Shown: one piece after another, positions 29,916 to 38,556 of the stretch
How positions within the stretch are numbered: position 1 is the stretch's first letter
Layout: every line of letters starts with the position of its first letter
Source: an uncultured Actinomycetota bacterium
Lineage (GTDB): Bacteria; Actinomycetota; Actinomycetes; Mycobacteriales; Mycobacteriaceae
DNA length: 64,000 bases
Reading direction: 5' to 3'
Assembly (NCBI GenBank): GCA_963828065.1
Contig: CAWHDL010000011.1
Coordinates: forward strand, 2,537-66,536
Translations under genes and position numbers: made by a program
The notes under the pieces: model-generated
Databases searched by the model: none
What the model saw: the letters and a program-made list of their open reading frames with translations, nothing else
Told to the model about the DNA's origin: nothing

Positions 29916-32276
29916 GTGAGACGGACACTGCCCGTGCGAGTCGAGCCCATGCCCGGCGAAGCGTTGGAGTCGTGGTTGGCCGCATTCGCCACCCGTATGA
30001 ACGCCACCTGGGGCGAGGTCCTCGACGCCGTGCTCCCCGTCGGTGCGGACGGGATCGCCAGCACCCACCGCGGAGCGGTATTGACCACAGGCCTGACCGT
30101 CGAAGAGCGGGAGAGTATCTCGACCGCCACGGAAGTCAACGTCGCTGATCTCGACGCGATGACCTTGATGGGCCATTACGGCAGCCCGATGATGACGACC
30201 GACGCGCGCACCGGCCGGGCACGGACCCCGTGGGGCTTGGTGTATCGGCAGCGGTTCTGCCCCTTCTGCATGAAGGCTGCTCCGGGCCGCCGCAAGCTCG
30301 AATGGTTCCTGCCGTGGATCGCGACCTGCATTGAACATCGCTGCTTTCTGGTCGATTCGTGCCCGCAGTGCGCTCAGCTGCAGCTCGCCGCGGACTGGTT
30401 CAGCCGCCGGCTGTATCCACATCCGGACCGCTGCTCCCGGTTGGTCAAGGGCGAGCCGCATAATCGCCGGTGCACAGCGCGGCTGTCGCGCGCTCGCCCC
30501 GATAAGCTACGACCGGGACATCCCGTGCTGACCATGCAGCAGACGCTCACCGAGCTCCTCGCCGCGGATGCAGTCGATGCGGGCGTCTACCGCGTAGCGC
30601 CGGTGTCAGCGGAGCAGCTGCTCATCGATGTGCGCGTGCTCGGGAACTGGATAGTCAGAGCACCCAACCCCACTGACGTGATCGAACTATTCGGAGGCCG
30701 CGCGACCGATCACGAGATCGGCCTGTGGCGCCGACGCCTGCACCTGCTGGCGAACACAACTCACACCTACGACGAGAACCAGGACGTGGCGAGCGCGACG
30801 CGGGTAGCGCTCGCCGCGCCGGCGGCATGGGTCGGCACCGGAGTGGCCGCAGCCCTGACCGTGCTGATGCGGCCCTCGCTCGAGGATGCCGGTCGCGCCT
30901 TCCGGGCAGCCACGTCCTCTGCACCGGCCAGGGAGATTCGATATCGGACCCGAGTCTCTGGACTGACCCACAGCGCGGCGGTGACCGCCGTGGATCTCAA
31001 GGCTAGGGCCGCGGACTTCACGGTGATCGAGGAGTTGCGCTACCGGACGTTTACTCATCTGCCGCGGCTGCCCGACACCCGGCGGTTTGCAACCAAACAC
31101 GCGATGCTGCACGCGGTGCCCACACTGTTCTGGCCCGAGTGGGCGTTCCGGCTCGACACGGAAGACTTACCGTGGGGCACCGCCCGGCAAGTGATGTCAC
31201 GGCTGCTACTCACGATCGGCTGCGTCATGTCGACACCCGAACTAGAACGACACCTGCACTCCACCGTCGGAGCTCAGCGCATCGCCGAAGCAGCCAACAA
31301 CTTTCGCGCCCATCCGAATTGGGAAGGGATCATCACCGCGCTGCTGCGGCTGCACGAACACCTGCAGGCACACCCACCGCCGATCGACTACCAGCGTCGC
31401 CGCACCCTGAACTACGATCACCTGCTGCCCGAGCAACAGTGGACACACCTGGTCGCCGAAGAAGGTCTGCGCACATCGCCGACGACCGCGGCCGCCGCGC
31501 GACTGTGGCTCATCGAACAGCTCAGCGGCGCCCCGGTGCCCAATACGCCGCAGGCGTTGCACTGCCGGGGAGTGTGCACCGACCGGATGAGGACAACCCT
31601 CACACCCCAGCTGGTCCGAGCACTTAATGCAGTCAGCGCCGACTATTTAGGAAAACAGGGAGTCTCGGGTGAGCCCCTGACCTGGGTACCGCCGCTGAGT
31701 CTCCTCGAGGGTCTGAATCTGCCTGGGAAACCGCCGGAGACGATTGAGCCGAACTCAATGTACAAACTCCTCGACGCCGGCCTTACCGTGACTGCCCTTG
31801 CCCACAGACTCGACGCATCCGTGTGGAAGGTCCGCTACCAGCTCGAACACCACCCCATTCCTAGCGCCGACGTCCGAACCTGGTCACCGAAACGGATCAA
31901 AGGACGCCGTCGAATCGGCACCCGCGAACGCGTGCGGGCATTGCTGCCCGAACAGAAGCTGCGCGACCTCCACGAACATCAAGGGTTAACCTTCGCGCAG
32001 ATCGCCGGCCGCCTCGAGCTTCCGCTGTCCTCGGGCTACTTGGCTCGGGTGGTGTCCCACCTAGCCATCGAGTACGGAATCCACCATCGTCGCCAACCGC
32101 TAGGAGAATTGATCACCGCGGATTGGATCCACCAACGCCACGTCGTCGAGCGCAGAACGCTTGGTGTGATGGCCGACGAAATCGGCGTTTCTGACTCGAC
32201 CATCGGGAAGTGGGCCCGAAAATTCGGAATCCCGGTTCTCATTGGAAGCGGCGCCCTCTGCTCGACCCGCGTGTGA
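29916..32276 (+). CDS. tniQ: TniQ/TnsD-family target selector (786 aa)
   Basis: N-terminal TniQ signature (VEPMPGEALESWLAAFA) and Cys cluster CPFC...CIEHRC...CPQC. C-terminal HTH-like segments (LTFAQIAGRL, MADEIGVSDSTIGKWARKFGI). Confidence 0.8.
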   Translation: MRRTLPVRVEPMPGEALESWLAAFATRMNATWGEVLDAVLPVGADGIASTHRGAVLTTGLTVEERESISTATEVNVADLDAMTLMGHYGSPMMTTDARTGRARTPWGLVYRQRFCPFCMKAAPGRRKLEWFLPWIATCIEHRCFLVDSCPQCAQLQLAADWFSRRLYPHPDRCSRLVKGEPHNRRCTARLSRARPDKLRPGHPVLTMQQTLTELLAADAVDAGVYRVAPVSAEQLLIDVRVLGNWIVRAPNPTDVIELFGGRATDHEIGLWRRRLHLLANTTHTYDENQDVASATRVALAAPAAWVGTGVAAALTVLMRPSLEDAGRAFRAATSSAPAREIRYRTRVSGLTHSAAVTAVDLKARAADFTVIEELRYRTFTHLPRLPDTRRFATKHAMLHAVPTLFWPEWAFRLDTEDLPWGTARQVMSRLLLTIGCVMSTPELERHLHSTVGAQRIAEAANNFRAHPNWEGIITALLRLHEHLQAHPPPIDYQRRRTLNYDHLLPEQQWTHLVAEEGLRTSPTTAAAARLWLIEQLSGAPVPNTPQALHCRGVCTDRMRTTLTPQLVRALNAVSADYLGKQGVSGEPLTWVPPLSLLEGLNLPGKPPETIEPNSMYKLLDAGLTVTALAHRLDASVWKVRYQLEHHPIPSADVRTWSPKRIKGRRRIGTRERVRALLPEQKLRDLHEHQGLTFAQIAGRLELPLSSGYLARVVSHLAIEYGIHHRRQPLGELITADWIHQRHVVERRTLGVMADEIGVSDSTIGKWARKFGIPVLIGSGALCSTRV

Positions 32277-32611
32277 CCCGCCTCCTCGAGGCACTCTCCA
32301 CTGAGCCGGGAGACTTTCCAGCAGGGATGCAGACGGCCGCCGCATGGGTGCACATCCCGCGTTTCGCCGTCGCCGGCAGCTATGGCAAGTTCACACGCGT
32401 CGCCGAGGCACTCGGATGCCGCAAAGAGCGGTTGAGCGAGCAGATCGGTCGCATCGAAGCCGATTTGGGGCACACCCTCGTCGAGCGCGCCGTGTCACGC
32501 CAACATCCGATGACGCTGACCAGCTTGGCGAGGAACTCGCACAGGCCGCCAGACGCATCGATGGACCGTGACCTCCGCGACGCGCAGGAAGAGGATTTCG
32601 CCGAACGCTAA
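32273..32611 (+). CDS. small LysR-type winged-HTH-only protein
   Basis: FAVAGSYGKFTRVAEALGCRKERLSEQIGRIEADLGHTLVER matches the LysR N-terminal HTH, but there is no effector domain. GTG 32273 overlaps the tniQ TGA (GTGA); the alternative start is ATG 32327. Confidence 0.45.
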   Translation: MTRLLEALSTEPGDFPAGMQTAAAWVHIPRFAVAGSYGKFTRVAEALGCRKERLSEQIGRIEADLGHTLVERAVSRQHPMTLTSLARNSHRPPDASMDRDLRDAQEEDFAER

Positions 32612-32761
32612 CGGGATCGCCCCGCATCGACGTCGGCGGCGGACTGAGATGTAAATCCCAACTTGAGTTCCTTACGAGGCTATAGCGGGCTCAGGCAACT
32701 ACCGGGCATACGCAGCGTCCGATCAAATGCCGCGCACATACGCGCATAGGCGTGCTAGTCT

Positions 32762-33355
32762 GTGCATATGGATGGATCGACGGCTCCCGCACTAGGCGCT
32801 CTACTGGCTAAGCACCAGATTGACCTGAGTGTCGAAGAGGTCCTCGACGAGCTGGACTCCGCGTTTGCGGCAATCCCCGGGGCAATCACCCTGTCCGCGA
32901 CAGAGGTGGATTTCCTCCGCGAGCACGCCGGACCCGGTGCAGCAGCGGTGATCGACACATGGTCGGCAGACAATGAACGTCAGGCCCGCGCCCGCATTGC
33001 GTTGCGGCAACTCACCAGCGCGGTCTCAGGATCGGTCAGCATCAAAGAAGCCGCCGCGATCCTCGGCGTCGACCGGTCCCGCGTATCGCGGCGCATCACT
33101 GGAAAAGCCTTATGGGCCTTCGACCTTCAAGGAACCCGACGCATCCCTCGCTGGCAGTTCCTTGGTGACGAACTGCTTCCCGGGTTGGACGTGATTGTGC
33201 CCGCGATACCACGTGGCACCACGCCCGCGGTTCTGGATGTGTTCATGCACACCCCACAGCCCGACTTCGACGACCGGACGCCGATCGAGCATCTGGCCGC
33301 CGGCGGCGACCCCGCATTAGTTGCCGGATTCATCGAGGATCTCGGGCGCTGGTGA
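32762..33355 (+). CDS. Xre-HTH antitoxin with C-terminal MbcA/ParS (DUF2384-like) toxin-binding domain
   Basis: HTH SIKEAAAILGVDRSRVSRRI. C-terminal ..TPIEHLAAGGDPALVAGFIEDL. GTGA overlap with the downstream RES gene. Confidence 0.75.
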   Translation: MHMDGSTAPALGALLAKHQIDLSVEEVLDELDSAFAAIPGAITLSATEVDFLREHAGPGAAAVIDTWSADNERQARARIALRQLTSAVSGSVSIKEAAAILGVDRSRVSRRITGKALWAFDLQGTRRIPRWQFLGDELLPGLDVIVPAIPRGTTPAVLDVFMHTPQPDFDDRTPIEHLAAGGDPALVAGFIEDLGRW

Positions 33356-33984
33356 ACCCACGGCCCAAACCCAAGGCGCCACGAACACCGCCCGAACAGC
33401 TCATCAGCGAACCTCACGACATCACCGACTACACCGACACGCTCTGGCGGGTCCACCGCACCGAAGGCGAGCACGTGCTGCCCTGGAACACGCTGCGCAC
33501 CCACGGGCCGCTGCCGTCGATGCGCTGGGACCCACACCCCGGTCCTCATCCGACCTCGGGGGCTGAGGCCGTCCTGTACGCCGCAGCCGATGTCGCAACC
33601 AGCCTTGCCGAGGTCTACCAGACAACGCGCGTGATCGACACCCGCGCCGGCGCGCCGACTCTCACCGCGTGGCAACCCCAACGCAGACTGCGGCTACTCG
33701 ACTTGTCGGGCACGTGGCTGCTCCGCAACACCGCATCCACTGGGTTGCTGGCCGCACCCCGATCCACATGCCGACGGTGGGCCCGCGCCATCTACACGAC
33801 CTGGCCTGAACTCGACGGTCTCTACGTCCCGTCGACTATGACCGGGCGCCCGAACATTGTGCTGTGGAATGCCGCCGCAGACTCGATACCCGCGATGCCG
33901 TTGTTCTCCCGCCCGCTCGCTCACCCGCTCGTATGGTCCATCACGCACGCGGCAGCCGCAGAGATCGGATACCACATCCTGTAA
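33352..33984 (+). CDS. RES-domain toxin (MbcT/ParT-like NAD-targeting family)
   Basis: 210 aa with conserved R (LWRVHR), E (SLAEVY) and S (LYVPSTM) positions. Paired with the Xre antitoxin. Confidence 0.8.
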   Translation: MNPRPKPKAPRTPPEQLISEPHDITDYTDTLWRVHRTEGEHVLPWNTLRTHGPLPSMRWDPHPGPHPTSGAEAVLYAAADVATSLAEVYQTTRVIDTRAGAPTLTAWQPQRRLRLLDLSGTWLLRNTASTGLLAAPRSTCRRWARAIYTTWPELDGLYVPSTMTGRPNIVLWNAAADSIPAMPLFSRPLAHPLVWSITHAAAAEIGYHIL

Positions 33985-34381
33985 CCAGTCCAGAGAAGGG
34001 GACGTCATCGCCCACAACACAACCGCCGCCGAAGGCTACGGGACCACACCCGTCGAGCGGGCACAGTTCATCGTCGACACCATCCGAATCCCCCTGGGCC
34101 GCCAGGCATGCACGCACCACCTCGACGAACTCTCATCGATCGAAGCCATCCTCGGCACGGAGGTGCTGTGGTGCCCAGCCTGCGGCACCCGCCTGGGAAG
34201 ACGGTAGGACCTGGCAGCATCGAACGAATCCGCTGTAGCCGACGGAACTGACAACGCGGAAACACCTGTGCCCAATCAAGTAGCGAAGATAAGGAGCTCC
34301 GGCGCCGACATATCGCGACATTATCGGCGGCGGCGAACGACCCGAGGAGCGCTTAGCGCAGGCTCGCGGCGATGCGAGTTG

Positions 34382-35143
34382 CTAGAACAGGTAAGCCCCG
34401 TATGGGCCAACATTGGTTGCGCCCGGCGCCATCGGGGCCACATCGATCAGATAGTCGGGCTGAGATGCCGTGAGCACTGAAAGCTCCTCTTTGACCAGTT
34501 CTTTGAGAGCATCGGTGTCATCGGGCGAATCAGTCCAGTACAGGCGCGGTTGAGAACTGTCGATGATCCCCTCGTCACGCTTGACTGCCTTTCCAAGCAA
34601 GTAGTGCAACTCGGACCCGTTGTGATACTTGATGTCTTTCTTCAGACCGACGTAGGCGACCATAGGCCGTGGTGCAGGTCGTGGCGGTGGACGTTGCGAC
34701 TGTGGAACCAATATGCCCATCTGTCTGAAACCCATGATGGCCGCTTCGCGGCCACGCTCGGCGCCCGGATTGATTTGGCTGGCTTTGCCCAGCCGCGACC
34801 TGTCGCTTCGTAGATAGGGACACACGATCGCTGAATAGACGGCGCAGGAGAAGTGAAGCGGCCCAGCATCGTCGAGTGAACGCTCGCGCTGGTACCGACG
34901 GATGTCTTCGGCATCGCCTTGCCCCCAGACTCGGTAGACAAGCGTCCCCTCCGGCATCTCGTATCCGCACACAGCGCATGCACGACGCAGCGCCAGAGCA
35001 ACAGTGCGATCATTGTCGACTTGCGCAAGCACGGGCTGGCCAGAGACCCAGCCGGCTTCGGCGAGCGCGTGGAATCCATGAGCGTCCTCGGGTAGGTCCG
35101 CGATCCACGCAGGCGGCGTCGGTGCGTCTAGGGACATGAACAA
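34382..35143 (-). CDS. hypothetical protein with Cys/His cluster (third gene of the PIN operon)
   Basis: 253 aa. CAVCGY...(37 aa)...HFSCAVYSAIVCPYL suggests a metal-binding site. Pro-rich linker, then a Lys/Asp-rich C-terminal domain. Family not recognised. Confidence 0.55.
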   Translation of the reverse strand: MFMSLDAPTPPAWIADLPEDAHGFHALAEAGWVSGQPVLAQVDNDRTVALALRRACAVCGYEMPEGTLVYRVWGQGDAEDIRRYQRERSLDDAGPLHFSCAVYSAIVCPYLRSDRSRLGKASQINPGAERGREAAIMGFRQMGILVPQSQRPPPRPAPRPMVAYVGLKKDIKYHNGSELHYLLGKAVKRDEGIIDSSQPRLYWTDSPDDTDALKELVKEELSVLTASQPDYLIDVAPMAPGATNVGPYGAYLF

Positions 35144-35176
35144 GGAGCGTACGGGCGCCTTATGGTAGCCATGGCC

Positions 35177-36067
35177 TTAACTGGTAGGAGGCTCGACGAA
35201 TGGTAGACCGGCTACGTGCAACTTCGTCTGTAAGTTGATGTCGCTCGTCGCCACGTGAAGCGCCGAGCCGGGGTGTTGAGATTGCAACAGCAGGGCTGCG
35301 GCGACTAACCGATCATCAGGTACTGCAAGGTCCAGCCAGTCGGGCAGATTGGTTCCGCGGGGTTCGACATGTTCGAACTTGGCAACGACCTGACCCTCGA
35401 CGCGGACACCCTCAAGTGCGTTGCCATTGTTGCGGATGCCTTTGAGGCCGGCCACCGCCCGCTGCGCACCGGTGCGCACCATTTCGTTGCGCCCAGCGCG
35501 CTTGAGATCGTCAAGTTCGCCGAGAACAACCGGCAGTAGATGGACCATGTACTTCGGTCCGAGGGCGTCGATGTACGCGGCGACATTCGGATTGTCGATC
35601 AGCGCATTCGTGTCCACGATCAGCCGAGTGGGGTAGTCGTCCGCCGGAAGTAAGGCGAATAGGCCGCGGATGTCGTCGATGGTTGCGATTAGCCTCTGTT
35701 GCGCCGTAGCTATGTCTCGGGGAATGGAGTGGTCATAGCTGTCGGGACGGATGAGCCATCGTTCAAGATGTTCGAGGTCGTGCTTGACGCGCTTGCTAAT
35801 GGTCGGAGTTGGATTTGGGAATAGGAGGCGAAATCGTGGCTCCCAACCGCGAAGCGTTCCGAGTAGGGCCATCCGCGCCGCCTCGAGTTCGATGTCGCTA
35901 TCGGTCCAGCCCCAGTCGGAAGCACCCATGAAGATCACCATCGATCCGGGGCTATTTGGATTGACGTACCTAATGCCACTTGCGGCCAGGACTGCAGCGT
36001 AGTGCTCGGCGATCCCGCCAAGCTCCTCGAGTAGCTGCTCTGCGTAACTTTGTCTTGGTGTGGGCAT
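35177..36067 (-). CDS. PIN-domain nuclease with an unknown ~150-aa N-terminal domain
   Basis: 296 aa. The C-terminal half carries PIN acidic residues in context: LIVDTNALID, LLPVVLGELDDLK, DDRLVAAALL, VATSDINLQTK (PIN_4/YacL-like pattern). Confidence 0.7.
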   Translation of the reverse strand: MPTPRQSYAEQLLEELGGIAEHYAAVLAASGIRYVNPNSPGSMVIFMGASDWGWTDSDIELEAARMALLGTLRGWEPRFRLLFPNPTPTISKRVKHDLEHLERWLIRPDSYDHSIPRDIATAQQRLIATIDDIRGLFALLPADDYPTRLIVDTNALIDNPNVAAYIDALGPKYMVHLLPVVLGELDDLKRAGRNEMVRTGAQRAVAGLKGIRNNGNALEGVRVEGQVVAKFEHVEPRGTNLPDWLDLAVPDDRLVAAALLLQSQHPGSALHVATSDINLQTKLHVAGLPFVEPPTS

Positions 36068-36083
36068 TCCGTCAGGCCACGAC

Positions 36084-36758
36084 TCAGGCGTTTGCTACGC
36101 GATAGTGTTCCCGAATGCGTCGCGGATCTCGGGTGCATCCGAGCGCGATGCAGTACGTGACGACGAAGTCGTCGTTGAGCCCGGCGCCGCCAAATGTTCG
36201 CATGTATTCATGGACGTATTGGCGGTCGCTCCCGCTCTTGGGCGGAGACGATAGCCAGTCATCCCGAAAGAGCATGCTGATGAACTCGTCATGCAGCGAG
36301 GCTTCCAGCGGCGGCGTCGGTTCGCCGGTCTCGGCGTTGAACGCGCCGGTCGCGGTCGCCCACCCCAGAACCCCAGGAGCCTTACCCCATTCGAAAACTG
36401 TCAGGGTGGATTCTCCGACGCGTGACACACACTTGATTAACGATTCCTCAGTTGGCCACGCTGCAACCACGGGGCCGCCCCACGGCTCGCCATCAGATCG
36501 AGCGGACACCCACGTCGATGTCTCGGCCAGCGCCGCCAGAACCGGTGGGTTGTCGATCGCGTTGCCCGACTTCTGCGGCGTCATGATGATTCGCGTCGAC
36601 CGGCCGCGTCGCTCGTTGTCGTTGAGCCACTTCGCGAGCCGCTGCCCTGCGCGCTCGTCCGGCCTTGCTTCGAAGGGCATCCATGCCGCGTTGTATATGG
36701 GTTGGACGACGTGCATCTTCGGAAATCTACTCGCCGGCGCCGACAATGAGCGCGCCAC
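36084..36758 (-). CDS. hypothetical protein (first gene of the PIN operon)
   Basis: 224 aa with balanced composition and alternating beta/alpha-like pattern (RIIMTPQKSG, PVVAAWPTEE, LTVFEWG). 16-nt gap to the PIN gene. Alternative start ATG 36716. Confidence 0.5.
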   Translation of the reverse strand: MARSLSAPASRFPKMHVVQPIYNAAWMPFEARPDERAGQRLAKWLNDNERRGRSTRIIMTPQKSGNAIDNPPVLAALAETSTWVSARSDGEPWGGPVVAAWPTEESLIKCVSRVGESTLTVFEWGKAPGVLGWATATGAFNAETGEPTPPLEASLHDEFISMLFRDDWLSSPPKSGSDRQYVHEYMRTFGGAGLNDDFVVTYCIALGCTRDPRRIREHYRVANA

Positions 36759-37199
36759 TCTGATTTCCCATCGTCACACGTCGCTCGAGCGTGCGATACG
36801 GGTTCCTGGATTGCTGGCAACCGGCCATTTCAGAGCTGAAGAACATATTGGTGCGACTGCTTGAAGCACGGTGCACTTCAGATCTCCCAATCCCTTACAG
36901 CATCAACCCATTCCTGCTGAGAACGCAGGATCCCGGTGACGAGCATGACTGCCTTCAGAGCTTTTGGGCGAGCGGGAGCGGGATGCGCGTTCCCGTGGGC
37001 GCGGACGGCGAATCCAACGAGTTACCGCACACCTCCGCTTGAAGATGTACGCGAGGGTCGCGGTGTGTCACAGTGACAGATTGCGCGTGCTGATGGAGCG
37101 ACACTCGTCCACGAGCAAAGCGACTTCAAAGGCACACTGAACCGCCGACTTATATCAGATGCGCGGGACTGGAGGCTAGTTGATCTAGCGTCCCGTCGT

Positions 37200-37296
37200 G
37201 GCGCCGACCGGTCTGACTCGTGAACCGCATGCCGCCTACGGGCTGGCTCTGCCGGGGTTTGTCGAGCCGGTCGGCGCCGTGGCCGCGGTCTGACTC
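37200..37296 (+). ncRNA. candidate IS110 bridge-RNA-like structured element
   Basis: Perfect 12-bp inverted repeat GGCGCCGACCGG (37200-37211) / CCGGTCGGCGCC (37267-37278) enclosing 55 nt. 11-nt direct repeat cggtctgactc at 37209-37219 and 37286-37296. Located in the non-coding left end upstream of the recombinase. Confidence 0.25.
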
Positions 37297-37367
37297 AACA
37301 GAGGACTGATCGTCACCGGGAGCTTGAAGTCGGCGTGTCGTCCGCGGTCTCCTACTTGTGCCGTCGG

Positions 37368-38546
37368 ATGAAAGGTTCAACCGCATTGGTCACCATCGGA
37401 GTCGATCCTCACAAGCGCACCCACACCGCGAGCGTCGTCGAAACGGGCACCGACAAAGTGCTGGCAACGTTGCAAATCGACGCGTCGCTTGCGGGCTACC
37501 GACGACTCCTGAAGTGGGCGTCGGGTTTCGAGCAGCGCCGGTGGGCAGTGGAAAACGCTCGGGGGTTGGGGCGGCATTTGGCGCAATGGTTGGTCGCGCG
37601 AGAGGAGGTCGTCGATGACGTGCCCTCGATAGCAACGGCGCGTGTTCGCGAGTTGTCTCGGGGCGGACGACGCAAGAACGATGTCATCGACGCCGCAGCG
37701 GCGGCCAGCGTGGCCGCGCTACGCGGTGACGCAAACCCTGTCGTGGCCGACGATCTCACCACGGTTCTGGCCCTGCTCGACGAGCGCCGCGACAACGTGG
37801 TCACCCAACGCACCAGGCTGATCAACCAATTGCATGCGCTGCTGCGTGATCTCCTGCCCGGTGGCGCGCCGACCGATCTAACCGCTGGTGACGCGTCGCG
37901 ACTGCTCACCGGCGTGCGTCCGGCGGGTCCCGTCGAAGCTGCTCGCAAACAACTGGCCCGCGAGCTGGTCGCCGAGATCCGCGACACCGATCAGCGGCTG
38001 AAGGCGCTCACAGCCCAAATCACAGACACTCTCGACGCGCACGGCACCCGACTGCGAGAGGTCCCCGGCATCGGTCCCGTCATCGCGGGGCGGTTGCTCG
38101 GACGGACTCGTCGTGCGGGCAGGTTCCGCAGCGCCTCCGCGTTCGCCAGCTATGCCGGCGTCGCACCGATCGAGGTCGCCAGCGGCGACCACGCGCGACA
38201 TCGATTGCCACGCGGTGGTGATCGGCAACTCAACCTCGCGCTGCACATCGTCGCGCTCACCCAGGTACGCATGCGCGAGAGCACCGGTCGGGCCTACTAC
38301 GACACGAAGGTCGTGGCTGGCAAGTCGCATAACGAAGCAATGCGTTGTTTGAAACGCCGGCTGGCCGACCGGGTTTGGCGACTCATGCTCTCTGACGAGC
38401 ACCGTTTGGCGGCAGGCCCGGGAGGACACTCGGGGGCGACTCTGACATCCAGCGCGGCTGGCTCAACCCCGACCACCAGCTCTTCGGACAAGTCACTTCC
38501 CGGACCCGCCGATCGCAACTCTACGACGCCCAGCCCAGCGGCTTGA
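37368..38546 (+). CDS. IS110-family (DEDD) transposase
   Basis: N-terminal VTIGVDPHKRTHTA.. and C-terminal ..VPGIGPVIAGRLLG.. motifs. ATG 37368 lies inside ORF 37335..38546. Confidence 0.85.
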   Translation: MKGSTALVTIGVDPHKRTHTASVVETGTDKVLATLQIDASLAGYRRLLKWASGFEQRRWAVENARGLGRHLAQWLVAREEVVDDVPSIATARVRELSRGGRRKNDVIDAAAAASVAALRGDANPVVADDLTTVLALLDERRDNVVTQRTRLINQLHALLRDLLPGGAPTDLTAGDASRLLTGVRPAGPVEAARKQLARELVAEIRDTDQRLKALTAQITDTLDAHGTRLREVPGIGPVIAGRLLGRTRRAGRFRSASAFASYAGVAPIEVASGDHARHRLPRGGDRQLNLALHIVALTQVRMRESTGRAYYDTKVVAGKSHNEAMRCLKRRLADRVWRLMLSDEHRLAAGPGGHSGATLTSSAAGSTPTTSSSDKSLPGPADRNSTTPSPAA

Positions 38547-38556
38547 CAAACACAGA

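Larger units (their letters stand above)
37150..38556 (+). mobile_element. IS110-family insertion sequence (boundaries approximate)
   Basis: DEDD-type transposase preceded by a ~200-nt structured non-coding left end. The right end is very short: the stop at 38546 lies 10 nt from the IS6110-like IR. Confidence 0.6.

Noticed and set aside
28946-30139. 397-aa minus-strand ORF across the tnsC/tniQ junction
   Set aside because: It is antisense to genes with clear Walker and TniQ motifs and has no motifs of its own.
33857-34207. 116-aa ORF ending in a C..HH..CPAC zinc-ribbon-like tail after the RES gene
   Set aside because: The only ATG lies 128 nt inside the RES gene. Downstream of the RES stop there is no ATG, GTG or TTG in frame until the last few codons. 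It cannot be supported as a gene, though a tiny Zn-ribbon peptide is not excluded.
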